The notes below the pieces were generated by a model. The model was not told the origin of the DNA. It did not search any database and saw nothing but the letters and a program-made list of their open reading frames with translations. DNA of 64,000 bases from a virus. How positions within the stretch are numbered: the first letter of the stretch is position 1; each line of letters opens with the position of its first letter. The stretch covers positions 16,857 to 80,856 of IMG/VR virus record IMGVR_UViG_3300048672_000475. One strand, written 5' to 3'. Positions 9,625-18,989 of the stretch are shown in pieces. The position numbers and the translations under genes are program-made.

Positions 9625-9744
9625 TGGTGCGCCTGCTGGGAATCGAACCCAGGTACTCGCCTGAAATAAGGAACCTATCCGCAATTTGCGGCTCCGAGTA
9701 GTTCTCTACTCACGTTTCGCGCTCTACCGTTGAGCTACAGGCGC
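9625..9744 (-). ncRNA. atypical tRNA-like RNA (120 nt) with intact acceptor, D and T arms and CCA; anticodon loop replaced by an insert
   Basis: GCGCCTG/CAGGCGC-A-CCA; TAGCTCAACGGTAGAGC; CTGGG-TTCGATT-CCCAG. Confidence 0.8.
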
Positions 9745-9747
9745 TAT

Positions 9748-9777
9748 AAAATACTCCCGACCCTAAAGCCGGGAGTA
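9748..9777 (-). terminator. hairpin/intrinsic terminator after ssb
   Basis: TACTCCCGGC-TTTAGG-GTCGGGAGTA-TTTT. Confidence 0.6.
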
Positions 9778-9786
9778 GCGTACCTA

Positions 9787-10347
9787 TTACAACAAATCGT
9801 CGTCGTCGAAATCCGATCCAAGATCGTCCAAGCCATCCGCAGTGGCTGGCGCCGCACCGCCGAAAGATTCTCCGTCTTTGACGAACTGGACGGTAACCAG
9901 TGTTGCTCGGATAGCGTTACCGTAGCTATTTGATTGCGCCCAGATTTCAACAATACCGTTAACCCAAGCCCCGGAATAGATTTTTCCATCTTTAGCCGAT
10001 AATGGGTTTCTGTTTCTGTCCACTACCATTGGTCGACCATCATCCTGATTACGTGTAGCCGTCAGCGCCCAATTACCGGCATAGCCGTTGTATGTACGGC
10101 GGTTACCGTCAATGAAGCAGCAGGCTTTTTTGTCGATGAGGATCTCAGGCAGCAATACGTCTGCCTTAGCGCCCCATTTAGCTTTCGCCACCTCTTTAAT
10201 CGCGGCATCGATTTCCGCTTTGCAAGGGTTGTCTGGCGCGATCAGAAACGTTGATCTGTACTGGAACGGGCCTTGGTTTTTGTACTGGGTAGCTTCAAAT
10301 ACGTCTGGAAATGCCAAACGCGCATTTTTGATAATGATTCTTGCCAT
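9787..10347 (-). CDS. ssDNA-binding protein (DUF2815/gp2.5-like)
   Basis: RLAFP, IYSGAWV, VQFVKDGESFG, acidic tail DFDDDDLL. Confidence 0.88.
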   Translation of the reverse strand: MARIIIKNARLAFPDVFEATQYKNQGPFQYRSTFLIAPDNPCKAEIDAAIKEVAKAKWGAKADVLLPEILIDKKACCFIDGNRRTYNGYAGNWALTATRNQDDGRPMVVDRNRNPLSAKDGKIYSGAWVNGIVEIWAQSNSYGNAIRATLVTVQFVKDGESFGGAAPATADGLDDLGSDFDDDDLL

Positions 10348-10359
10348 TTTATTTCTCCG

Positions 10360-11739
10360 TTAAATTAAGTCGTCCAACGTGACGTTGGAATAATCAGGTA
10401 GTTTTGCGATTTGCTCCCCATAGGGATCAAAACTCTCTCGTTTGTCGCCCATCGGAGCGACGACCAGCTTGCCTTCTGGCCGCGTAATCAGTTCTTCTAA
10501 CTGCCTCCACTTCTTAGGACTTTGCGCCCTAATCAGCTTCTCGGCTGTAGGAACCGATATAACGGATTTGTCGTACATCTCATCGACTTTAAACTTCATC
10601 CGTTTTAAAGCGGCCTCAGCGTCTTGCTCGGACGTCCACTTCCGGTTTCCTTGCCGACCGCGCACGATTTTGTAATGCGGCGTTTTGTGCCCATTCAACA
10701 TATCGTGCATCATGCGGTCTTCGATACCTTCCGCCCACATCTTGATCTTCTTCGTTACGCCGTACAGCTTAACCAGCGTTTCAAAGTCCACCTCGGTAAT
10801 GCGTAGCAGCGCGGCATCCATTTCAGCATCCAGATTGGTCAACCCGTCCGCTGTTGCTGGCGCAATCTGCATGTCGGATAAACACTCATTTTGCAACGCG
10901 GGGCAGGCCGCCTTCGCCTTGCACCACGTACAGCCTTTTTCCGATGGTCTTAAATACATACCCGCCCATTCGTCAAAAGTGCCTGGATTATCTGACATCC
11001 AGTCGTGGTCGTTTAGCTTCGCTATCGCTTCCTCGGCCTTGGCGACCGCCGCCTTAGCTTCCTCCGCAAACTCAAACAATCTAGCCGGTGTGGTAATCCA
11101 CGGCGGGTCTTGTGTTGAAGTTCGCGGCTGGAGGATCTGCAAATCAATGTTTTCGAGTTCGCCCAGGTCTATCAGGTAGTCGAACTCGAACAGCGCGCCT
11201 AAGGCGTACAGCATCATTTGCATGTTTTCGACCGGGGATACCGGCTTGAATCCATACTTCAAATCCCGTACTTTGAGCGTTTTACCGTCATTGCTGACGA
11301 TAATCGCGTCGCCTGTACCGAACGCACCGGGGTCGCCGATATAGTCCCCGAAGCGCACCCGCTGTTCAACGAGCAGGGTGCCATCTTTAGCCGCTTCGCT
11401 AACCTGATCGATGTAGGTCTGTACGTAGCGCGCCATATCGCGAGTGACTTCCCACTCGCTCGATAGAACGCTATTTTCAGGTATCGGCGTAAACGAGAAT
11501 GCTTGATACGCTCGGCCTTCATAGGTATAGCAGACGATGGTTTTACCGATATGCTCATCGGCGTCTACTAGGCCAATTAAACACTCCGCCGCTAAAAAAT
11601 GTGCGGCGGAACCCTCGTCAGCATAAGGAGAATACTTTTCCTCCTTACCCTGTTCCATTGCTATTTTGCCGGGGCAGTTAAACCAGCCCTCCGCCCCGGA
11701 AGCCGAATAGCGATGATGCTGTTCGACTAGCTCGCTCAT
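10360..11739 (-). CDS. DUF2800 Cas4-like PD-(D/E)xK exonuclease
   Basis: HHRYSAS...W.NCP, GTGDA, DLKYG, QMMLYA, CTWCKAKAACP. Confidence 0.88.
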   Translation of the reverse strand: MSELVEQHHRYSASGAEGWFNCPGKIAMEQGKEEKYSPYADEGSAAHFLAAECLIGLVDADEHIGKTIVCYTYEGRAYQAFSFTPIPENSVLSSEWEVTRDMARYVQTYIDQVSEAAKDGTLLVEQRVRFGDYIGDPGAFGTGDAIIVSNDGKTLKVRDLKYGFKPVSPVENMQMMLYALGALFEFDYLIDLGELENIDLQILQPRTSTQDPPWITTPARLFEFAEEAKAAVAKAEEAIAKLNDHDWMSDNPGTFDEWAGMYLRPSEKGCTWCKAKAACPALQNECLSDMQIAPATADGLTNLDAEMDAALLRITEVDFETLVKLYGVTKKIKMWAEGIEDRMMHDMLNGHKTPHYKIVRGRQGNRKWTSEQDAEAALKRMKFKVDEMYDKSVISVPTAEKLIRAQSPKKWRQLEELITRPEGKLVVAPMGDKRESFDPYGEQIAKLPDYSNVTLDDLI

Positions 11740-12263
11740 AACTTGCCAGCCGCTTTCAGCAGTTTGCAGCCTTTTTCAAACAGTTCGTCCCATTGATCAG
11801 TCGGGATATCTGAGATTTTGTTACCCGCGCCCAATAACTCGACCACTTGTTCGCGGCCCAGTTTAGACAGCACGGGCAGCAAATTGGCTTTTGCATACGC
11901 CGTATCGCGGGTACCGGCGGGCAACTTAGGCAAATCGTCTGCAGGTTCATCTTCGCCGCCCAGCAAATCATCATCGTCTTCGTCGACAGTCGAAGCCGCA
12001 TCTTCGGCCAGAACTTCGGCCATAAGCTCCTTGTCGGTTTTTTCGGCTACCGGTTTTTCGGCTTTCGGTTCTGGCTTGGTTCGGACTTCCGTTTTCGCCT
12101 TGGCTTCTGGCTTAACTTCGGCTTTTGTTTCAGCTACTGCAGGGACGGCTACCCCAGTAACGGCGGCAGCGGGATTCATCCCTCTTGCTACCAAAACGGC
12201 CAGCGAAGTGGCGATTGTTTGAAGGGCTTTGGTTTGGTCTTGTATCGCTTGTTCTAAAGACAT
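11736..12263 (-). CDS. hypothetical Ala/Glu/Lys-rich protein heading the replication operon
   Basis: MSLEQAI start; AACTGGAG RBS at 12271. Confidence 0.75.
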   Translation of the reverse strand: MSLEQAIQDQTKALQTIATSLAVLVARGMNPAAAVTGVAVPAVAETKAEVKPEAKAKTEVRTKPEPKAEKPVAEKTDKELMAEVLAEDAASTVDEDDDDLLGGEDEPADDLPKLPAGTRDTAYAKANLLPVLSKLGREQVVELLGAGNKISDIPTDQWDELFEKGCKLLKAAGKL

Positions 12264-12325
12264 TTCTGTTCTCCAGTTGGTTGGTGTAAAAATAAAAAAG
12301 TGGGTATTCCCACTCGGCGTGAAGA

Positions 12326-12397
12326 TTTATACACGCTAAAAATCGGTGTGTCAAGTGATAATTTGTATTTGACTAGAGCGCAATATAGTGATAGCTT
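12326..12397. promoter_or_regulatory. back-to-back sigma70 promoters
   Basis: Minus: TTGACA-17-TATAAA (12354-12326); plus: TTGACT-17-TAGCTT (12369-12397). Confidence 0.6.
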
Positions 12398-12430
12398 CTG
12401 CTCCATAATTCCATTCCTGAGGACACGACC

Positions 12431-12724
12431 TTGACAACTAAATACGCGCCTATTACCGCTTTATCCAACTGGCTTGCCGTTGCTACCCCGCAAATGAAAC
12501 AGAAACTAGCCACGCTTGCCGAATCCTCTGAGTGCATGTTTCGCCAATGGGTAGCGGGCCGAAGAGGCATGTCAGCCGAAAAAGCGGGGCTGGTCGCTGC
12601 CGCCACCAATGTTATAGAGGCCGAGTTTGATGCCGCACCTAAAGCCCTGAAGCGCGGCGAGCTGTGTGACGCATGCCGGAGCTGTGATTACTACAACCAG
12701 ATTGAGAATTCCGACTTGCTGTAA
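12431..12724 (+). CDS. Cro/YdaS-like HTH regulator with C-terminal CxxCxxC
   Basis: KLATLAESSECMFRQWVAGRR HTH; divergent position; GAGGA RBS. Confidence 0.65.
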   Translation: MTTKYAPITALSNWLAVATPQMKQKLATLAESSECMFRQWVAGRRGMSAEKAGLVAAATNVIEAEFDAAPKALKRGELCDACRSCDYYNQIENSDLL

Positions 12725-12746
12725 CCGTTAGCTATTGTTGTATGGC

Positions 12747-12769
12747 TCCCGCGCATCGCGGGATTTTTT
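12747..12769 (+). terminator. intrinsic terminator between the cro-like gene and primase
   Basis: TCCCGCG-CAT-CGCGGGA-TTTTTT. Confidence 0.7.
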
Positions 12770-12794
12770 GTCGGCTCAATAATAAAGACATCAC

Positions 12795-15416
12795 ATGGCA
12801 GACTTAATACCTGATTTGGAGCAAGCAAGGCGCTTCCTCGAAATCCTCGACCCCGGCGCAAATACGCGGTCATTACTGGAGGATAGGCCCGATGGCTTTA
12901 CGTTCCAGACATTCGATGACTCCAAGGATCGCAAGGACCGTACTTTAGCGCGAATTCTTACCGGTACGCTGGATGCGCTATCCGATACGCTGGTTCAGTT
13001 TAACGACCGAGGGGCCGGCATCTTCGTTACCGTTAACGAAACCGACGGGCGAGGTCGTAAATTGGCTAACCTGGAGCGCATACGTTGCTGTTGGGTCGAA
13101 GACGACGAGGGGCTGGGCATCGCTACGCCGGTCGAGCCTCATCTGGTTACCGAAACTAGCCCTGGAAAATACCATAAACTGTTTTTAGTTGATGGGCTGA
13201 CCATAGAGCAGCACGCGCAAATTCAGGATGTTCTGGTAGCCGAGTACGGTAGTGACCCCAATGCTAAGGACGCGGTGCGCGTACTACGACCCGCAGGATT
13301 CTACCACCGAAAAGGCGAGCCTTTTATGGTGCGGATTATCCATGAGTCCGGTAAACCACCGTATACGGCGGATGACTTGCTGGAGGCGTTTAAGCCCAAT
13401 CCCAACGCACCTCAGCGGGTATCGCCGGCCAAAAAGAAACGGGATTCTTCCGCTATTACCCGCACTCAACCTTCCGATGATGGGTATATCCCGCTATCGG
13501 AAGCGGACGGCGCGCTGCCTCTACCCGATATTAACGAGGATAACGCAGCCAAATACCTGCCTAAAGCGGGCGAGCAGTCATATTCCCAATGGCGGGATGT
13601 GGGCATGGCGCTGCACCACCAATTTGACGGATCTCTTGACGGGTTGCTGATATTTGACGAATGGTCGCAGAATGTTCGCAGTTACAAAGGGTTTGAGGAC
13701 GTATCGAACGCATGGGATAATTTTGGCAAACGCACCGATGGCCCGCTGGTTACGTTTCGCTCTTTAGTCAAAGAGTACAACATCCGGAACCAAAAAGACC
13801 GATCCGCGCAGGCAAACGCCAACGTAACTAAGGCTGAAAAGCTACTGAATAGCTGCACCGATTACAACATCCTGGTTACCGATATAGCCGCCAAACTGTG
13901 GCAGTTATCCCACGGCAACGTGTCGCTGGAAAAAGATTTTAAGGCTGCTTTGATCACAAAGTACGCAGAATTGCGTCCTGGGCACACGCTGACAGGCGCG
14001 GAGGCTTTGCGCGCTATGAAGTCCCGCAGGGCGGTCGCCGCAGCGCGTAGCGTAGACGAAATCGACGTTAATTATGCGGATGCACCAGAATGGTCAAAAA
14101 ACTGGGTCTGGATTTCGGAAGAAGAGATATTTTTCAACGTAGATACACGGGGCAAGCTGACAAACTCCGGTTTCCGAGCGATGTTTGATTGCCGGCTTCC
14201 TGTTGGTGAGGGCATGCCCACCGATGCTGCGAGGTACGTGCGCAACAACAACTATATCCCGAAAGTCATGCGCTCGATGTACGCGCCGAATTTGAATTCG
14301 CTGTTCGATTACCAAGGCGTATCCCACGTCAACACATACAGCCCCATAGGCCGAGCGGTAATACCCGAGGTCATCCAGCGACCGGATGCAGTAGCAACCT
14401 TCAAAAAGCATATCGAGCTGATATGCGGGGGTTGGAATCGGGAAGCCCAATTACTGTGCAATTACCTGACCGCCGTAACCGCCGAACGACCGTTGAAGGT
14501 ACGGTGGGCGCCCTTGATTATCGGTGAATACGGCGACGGTAAAAGCTTACTTTCGACATTCATCAAAGCGGCGGTCGGCGCGGCGAACGCTAGGACCATC
14601 CATGGGCAGTCCATCATGGCTAGTTCGGCCTCCGGGCAAACAGGCTGGGCCGAGGGTACTGTATTCTGCACCATCGAAGAAGTTAAATTCCATGGGCATA
14701 ACCGGCACGACGCGCTGAATCTTCTGAAGACCTACATCACAAATGACGATGTGGGCGTTAAAAAGATGTACCAGGAGATTCAGTCCATACCGAACACGCA
14801 GAACTATATGCTGTATTCTAACTACAAGGACGCAGCCCCAATCGATAAGGGCGACCGTCGGTATTACATTTTGTTTTCCAAGCTCGACCTGGACAAAATG
14901 AAAGAGGATAAAACCGACAATTCCTATTTCGACCGTTTAACGGATGCCGCTAAAAACGACGCCGGCGACATTATGCTTTGGTTGCGTACAGTACCGGTGC
15001 ATCCGGATTTCCATCCTAACGGCCACGCACCGATGACCGATGATAAACAAACCGTTTTGCGGATCGTAAAAGACGACATGATCGAAGAGGTCCATGAGAT
15101 GCTGGAGGATAGCAAAGAGCCGCTATATGGTTCTCAGGTTGTGTCCTTCACGCCGCTATTTAACGCCCTCATGGTGCGGTCAAATGGCGCGTTGAAACCA
15201 AACGAGAAGCATAAATTAACTCGGGCGCTACTGGAACTTGGGTTTACAAAACTTGACCGTTGCCGGTTGCCCATCAACTACGATGGTGATAACCGGCATG
15301 CCTTATGGGCAAAGGTCAAAGAGGTAGGCGAAAGCCTGGAAAAAGCTCGGGCTATTGTGATCGAGCGGCATAAACGAATCGAACATACCGGGTTAGGTAT
15401 GGAAGATTTACTATAA
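12795..15416 (+). CDS. primase-helicase (RepB-type AEP primase, PriCT-2, SF3/DUF5906 helicase)
   Basis: ETSPGKYH, D..RVLR, W..VGMALH..FDEWS, Walker A GEYGDGKS, DRRY. Confidence 0.88.
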   Translation: MADLIPDLEQARRFLEILDPGANTRSLLEDRPDGFTFQTFDDSKDRKDRTLARILTGTLDALSDTLVQFNDRGAGIFVTVNETDGRGRKLANLERIRCCWVEDDEGLGIATPVEPHLVTETSPGKYHKLFLVDGLTIEQHAQIQDVLVAEYGSDPNAKDAVRVLRPAGFYHRKGEPFMVRIIHESGKPPYTADDLLEAFKPNPNAPQRVSPAKKKRDSSAITRTQPSDDGYIPLSEADGALPLPDINEDNAAKYLPKAGEQSYSQWRDVGMALHHQFDGSLDGLLIFDEWSQNVRSYKGFEDVSNAWDNFGKRTDGPLVTFRSLVKEYNIRNQKDRSAQANANVTKAEKLLNSCTDYNILVTDIAAKLWQLSHGNVSLEKDFKAALITKYAELRPGHTLTGAEALRAMKSRRAVAAARSVDEIDVNYADAPEWSKNWVWISEEEIFFNVDTRGKLTNSGFRAMFDCRLPVGEGMPTDAARYVRNNNYIPKVMRSMYAPNLNSLFDYQGVSHVNTYSPIGRAVIPEVIQRPDAVATFKKHIELICGGWNREAQLLCNYLTAVTAERPLKVRWAPLIIGEYGDGKSLLSTFIKAAVGAANARTIHGQSIMASSASGQTGWAEGTVFCTIEEVKFHGHNRHDALNLLKTYITNDDVGVKKMYQEIQSIPNTQNYMLYSNYKDAAPIDKGDRRYYILFSKLDLDKMKEDKTDNSYFDRLTDAAKNDAGDIMLWLRTVPVHPDFHPNGHAPMTDDKQTVLRIVKDDMIEEVHEMLEDSKEPLYGSQVVSFTPLFNALMVRSNGALKPNEKHKLTRALLELGFTKLDRCRLPINYDGDNRHALWAKVKEVGESLEKARAIVIERHKRIEHTGLGMEDLL

Positions 15417-15439
15417 TTTTTAAACTGGAGATTTCCAAT

Positions 15440-15835
15440 ATGAGTATTTTTAAAGACCAAGCTGATTTTATGACCCTGGCCAACCAATCATTAGGTGTTG
15501 GTCGTACTAATCAAGCGGATATGTATGCCACGCTGATTGGCGAAGAAAGCCTGGAATTCGCTGAAACACAGTACCACGATTACGTAGGCCATCTTACGGA
15601 TGATGTGAAAGAAGCCCTGGATAACATAGTCGTCGCTGCGGGTTTCTTGAACACCGTGCTCGGGCCTGATAAAGCGCAAATGGCTTGGAATCTGGTCCAC
15701 GAAACCAATCTGGCAAAGCTGAAGGGTAGCGTCGAAAAACGCGATGACGGCAAGGTGGTGGTGTCTAGGGAATGGAAAGAGGCGATGAAGAAAAAGCTGA
15801 AAGAAGATTTGCTGGCGCTGGAGAATGCCCCATGA
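15440..15835 (+). CDS. MazG-like nucleotide pyrophosphohydrolase
   Basis: LIGEESLE...EALD...VHETNLAK...RDDGKV. Confidence 0.75.
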   Translation: MSIFKDQADFMTLANQSLGVGRTNQADMYATLIGEESLEFAETQYHDYVGHLTDDVKEALDNIVVAAGFLNTVLGPDKAQMAWNLVHETNLAKLKGSVEKRDDGKVVVSREWKEAMKKKLKEDLLALENAP

Positions 15836-16218
15836 TCGTCGTCACCGACATTCAATATTATGAAGTGATGGGTGACGAACACGCGATATATCGGGCTCCG
15901 GGTGGCCGCCCTTGCAGAACAAGAACCCCCGAGGGGTATTCTTGGAAACTACCTGAAGTAATCCGGGAGGATATTAAAGGGCGCCGCTTTATACGAGGGG
16001 ATAAAGAGATAATCGTAGGCCTATCAGACGAAGTAGCTGATGTGTTCCATATGCAAAAAGCTGCATGGGATTATATGGAGTCAACCATAACTGGCCTTTC
16101 GCAATTGCAGGCTGGTACCGCGCATCGGTTATCCCTGGCAACGGATAAGTTGGAGTCGCTCGGCTCCGCTTCCTGGCGACAGCGGTTAAAGTGGTTGTTT
16201 ACAGGTATTCCTACCTAA
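15832..16218 (+). CDS. hypothetical protein
   Basis: ATGA coupling to the upstream gene. Confidence 0.6.
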   Translation: MIVVTDIQYYEVMGDEHAIYRAPGGRPCRTRTPEGYSWKLPEVIREDIKGRRFIRGDKEIIVGLSDEVADVFHMQKAAWDYMESTITGLSQLQAGTAHRLSLATDKLESLGSASWRQRLKWLFTGIPT

Positions 16219-16219
16219 C

Positions 16220-16250
16220 AAAAAAGAAGCCCTCGAAAGAGGGCTTTTTA
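16220..16250. terminator. bidirectional intrinsic terminator between convergent operons
   Basis: A-run, AAGCCCTC-GAAA-GAGGGCTT, T-run. Confidence 0.85.
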
Positions 16251-16463
16251 TTACGCGTCTGAAAGGACAATATCAATTAGGAGGTCCAGGTACTTGATCT
16301 TTTCCTCCAGGAAATGTACTTCGGCTACATGTCGTTGGTAACTTGGACTCTCCTGGCAATGCTCGCACATCGAAAAAACGTCATGACTCATAAGTTCCGA
16401 TAACTTTATCTCCGCTCTGAACTTGTGACTATACATTTCGGCTATCAATCTTTTATTTACCAT
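16251..16463 (-). CDS. hypothetical protein
   Basis: Last gene before the terminator. Confidence 0.55.
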   Translation of the reverse strand: MVNKRLIAEMYSHKFRAEIKLSELMSHDVFSMCEHCQESPSYQRHVAEVHFLEEKIKYLDLLIDIVLSDA

Positions 16464-16919
16464 CTAAAAATCCTCCTCTGTTAACACGTAGGGCTTGGTA
16501 TCAATCACCTGATAAAAATCTATTTTAAGATACTTAGCGATCCACGCTTCTAGCATGTCTTCGAGTTCTTTTTCGGCGGCAGCGTCGACATTATCCAACA
16601 CAGACTCCGCATACTCACCGCCTAAATCCCAAGCCGCATTTTCAAATTGTTCTATTACCCATTCTACGTTAAACAAGTCCGAGGGTTTGTACTTACGATA
16701 CCTCCCGACGTAAACCGTATCCCCCGCCGACAAATAATCGTTGTTGTTTAGGAGGTCGCTCAATTCAATGCAGTTGTAGTCATCATCGTTAGCAGACCAA
16801 GCCTCCAAAATTTCCGGTTCTTTTTTCCCGAAAATCCGGTCCCAGTTTTCCCTAAACTTCTGCCTGTCTGTAATCGGCCTAGGGTACGACCCCTTACCGC
16901 CTTGCCATTTACCGCTCAT
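16464..16919 (-). CDS. acidic hypothetical protein with a shared N-terminal MSGKWQGGKGS module
   Basis: First 33 aa nearly identical to those of 16909..17394. Confidence 0.7.
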   Translation of the reverse strand: MSGKWQGGKGSYPRPITDRQKFRENWDRIFGKKEPEILEAWSANDDDYNCIELSDLLNNNDYLSAGDTVYVGRYRKYKPSDLFNVEWVIEQFENAAWDLGGEYAESVLDNVDAAAEKELEDMLEAWIAKYLKIDFYQVIDTKPYVLTEEDF

Positions 16920-17410
16920 TTTGCGCCTCCAATTTCGCTAAAAGTATAATTTTCGTTTCGTGATACTCGCCGGAGTACAGGGGATATAGTTTGATGACTT
17001 CTATCTCATCAGGGCGTACCTCACCTCTTCTAGTCGCTAAAAACTCTTCCTCAGTTAAAACGTAATCCAAATACTTCAGTTCGTACAGCTTCCTTAGCTG
17101 CCTAGCCGATATGTAGTGCGTCTGACCATCGTTTTTAGAGCGCACGTAACCGGGGCATAAAACCCACAATAAGATCTTTTTCTTTTCGGGTCTGAAAGAG
17201 TTTTTAACAACTACGTTATGGAACGGCGTATCCTCGCCTTCTTGGACGTGGTTTACTTCTACACTTAGTATGCTATCCAGTATTTTAGGCCCCGGCTTCT
17301 TGCCGAAAATCCGGTCCCAGTTTTCCCCGAACTTCTGCCTGTCTGTAATCGGCCTAGGGTCCGATCCCTTACCGCCTTGCCATTTACCGCTCATTTTGTG
17401 CCTCCAGTTT
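16828..17410. repeat. ~108-bp direct repeat pair (16828-16935 / 17303-17410)
   Basis: Visual alignment, offset 475, few mismatches. Confidence 0.9.
16909..17394 (-). CDS. hypothetical protein with the same MSGKWQGGKGS module
   Basis: ATG at 17394 after AACTGGAGG. Confidence 0.7.
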   Translation of the reverse strand: MSGKWQGGKGSDPRPITDRQKFGENWDRIFGKKPGPKILDSILSVEVNHVQEGEDTPFHNVVVKNSFRPEKKKILLWVLCPGYVRSKNDGQTHYISARQLRKLYELKYLDYVLTEEEFLATRRGEVRPDEIEVIKLYPLYSGEYHETKIILLAKLEAQNER

Positions 17411-17563
17411 TCGTTTTCTCGTTTGTTCGGCCTTGCGTTTTCTCGCGCAGCTATTGTGGTATTCTTTGTTCGGTACGGTAGTATACAGAGGTCGGCCACA
17501 GTACCTGCAAGGGTCTGCGCGGCGCCATGGCCGTAGCGTTAATATGGCCTCCTGCGGTATCAC
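17384..17563 (-). CDS. 59-aa zinc-finger-like ORF (not in ORF track)
   Basis: GTG start coupled to the upstream stop; CRYC...H..C; ends KLEAQNER like 16909..17394. Confidence 0.5.
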   Translation of the reverse strand: MIPQEAILTLRPWRRADPCRYCGRPLYTTVPNKEYHNSCARKRKAEQTRKRKLEAQNER

Positions 17564-17823
17564 TGCCTAGCTCTCAAAAGAGTTATTACGGCGGCTAGCG
17601 CTTCTGCGTAGCCATGCTTGTATCCCTCGTCATACTGCGCAGTGTTTTTGCTAATCGCGGTATCGACGCCCCGTATCCGGTAGTCAAATGCCGGGTTCCA
17701 CGATGGCGTCCCCGCTACCTCCAGCCACGGGTCATCGCCGTATTTAAACTCTAACGGAGGGCGACCACTGCGCTCCCAGTATAACTTCAGGGTGTCATGC
17801 TTGCTTTGCGTTGTGCGACTCAT
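17560..17823 (-). CDS. hypothetical protein
   Basis: GAGG RBS before ATG 17823. Confidence 0.55.
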   Translation of the reverse strand: MSRTTQSKHDTLKLYWERSGRPPLEFKYGDDPWLEVAGTPSWNPAFDYRIRGVDTAISKNTAQYDEGYKHGYAEALAAVITLLRARQ

Positions 17824-17933
17824 GTAGTACCTCTTATCAAATGCGTGCTGCCATGGTTTACTGTTTAAGTTGATTGGCGGGCAATAAATTTTGATTTGAA
17901 CCTCCCCATGCCTGAAGGCAGGGGGATTCCTGA

Positions 17934-18986
17934 CTACGCCAGACATTGGCGTACCTCGTGGGCCGTTCCAGCCCCGGAAATTAGAGTGTTGATCGCTGCA
18001 TTTACGTCGCGATCATGATGCGTTCCACACGCCGAACACTCCCAATCCCTCACCGACAGTCCTGCTAATCCTGTAGGGCCTGTTAGGCTCCCGCAAGTTG
18101 AGCAAATCCTGGTGGAATTTTTGGAAGCAACCTCGACATATTGAGTACCGCCTGCACGGCTCTTGTACTCAAGCATTGACCGAAGTTGTGCGTGACCGCT
18201 TGAGGCCACGCTCTTCCCGAATTTCTTGGCAATCCCTTTGATATTATCTTTGGAAAAATAGATAACGGTATTTTCCTGTACCAAACGTAATGACAACTTA
18301 TGATTTCTGTCCTTGCGTTGGTTCCGAATGCGCTCATGCTGCCTTGCTACTAATTTCCTGTTAATGCCACGTTGCGCCTGAGCCAAGCGTTTTGCGGATT
18401 GATGCAATTCTTTTGGATGGTCAATCTTTTCGCCGTTTGAAGTCGTTAGCAAATCCTTGAAACCGGGATCAATGCCGATAACGCCCTCTGCCTTGCGCGC
18501 TATCGTCTTGCGCTCGGAATCAATAAACAGACACAAATACCAGCCGGATGCGCGCTTAACGATACGACCACATTTGATTTTGCCCACTGGAATATCTTGC
18601 TTATGGAACCGGACAGTTCCTATTCCAGGCAATTTGACATGATTGTTTTCCGGCGTACGGATAGGATCGGGAAACGGGATGCTGTTTAATTTGTTACGCA
18701 TTCCTTTTAACTTAGGTTTGCCGCCAATCTTTTTAAAACAACGCTTCCACGCTATATAGGCAGTTGCCAACATGCCTTGTACGGTATGGCTTGGAATACC
18801 GATTTTCTTGCCATGATCCGCCAACAGGTTTTGAAAACCATTCGGTGTGTAATAGATACCACCTTTTGAGTCATTCTCTATTTTACGGATAGCCCAATTC
18901 CAGACGCCCGTAAGCATAAATAACCATACGTCCAACAATGAAGACTGAACAACGTTGAGCCTAAGTTTTAATTGAGTCTGGATCAT
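17934..18986 (-). CDS. tnpB: TnpB RNA-guided nuclease
   Basis: IGIDPG (RuvC-I), CSTCG..CSACG zinc finger, DRDVNAAIN (RuvC-III). Confidence 0.93.
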   Translation of the reverse strand: MIQTQLKLRLNVVQSSLLDVWLFMLTGVWNWAIRKIENDSKGGIYYTPNGFQNLLADHGKKIGIPSHTVQGMLATAYIAWKRCFKKIGGKPKLKGMRNKLNSIPFPDPIRTPENNHVKLPGIGTVRFHKQDIPVGKIKCGRIVKRASGWYLCLFIDSERKTIARKAEGVIGIDPGFKDLLTTSNGEKIDHPKELHQSAKRLAQAQRGINRKLVARQHERIRNQRKDRNHKLSLRLVQENTVIYFSKDNIKGIAKKFGKSVASSGHAQLRSMLEYKSRAGGTQYVEVASKNSTRICSTCGSLTGPTGLAGLSVRDWECSACGTHHDRDVNAAINTLISGAGTAHEVRQCLA

Positions 18987-18989
18987 CGG

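Noticed and set aside
9625-9744. tmRNA or a standard tRNA with assignable anticodon
   Set aside because: No G3-U70 pair or tag ORF, the D stem is intact, and no canonical 7-nt anticodon loop can be drawn
16828-17410. Diversity-generating retroelement TR/VR pair
   Set aside because: Mismatches are not adenine-specific, the repeat is N-terminal, and no reverse transcriptase is in the window
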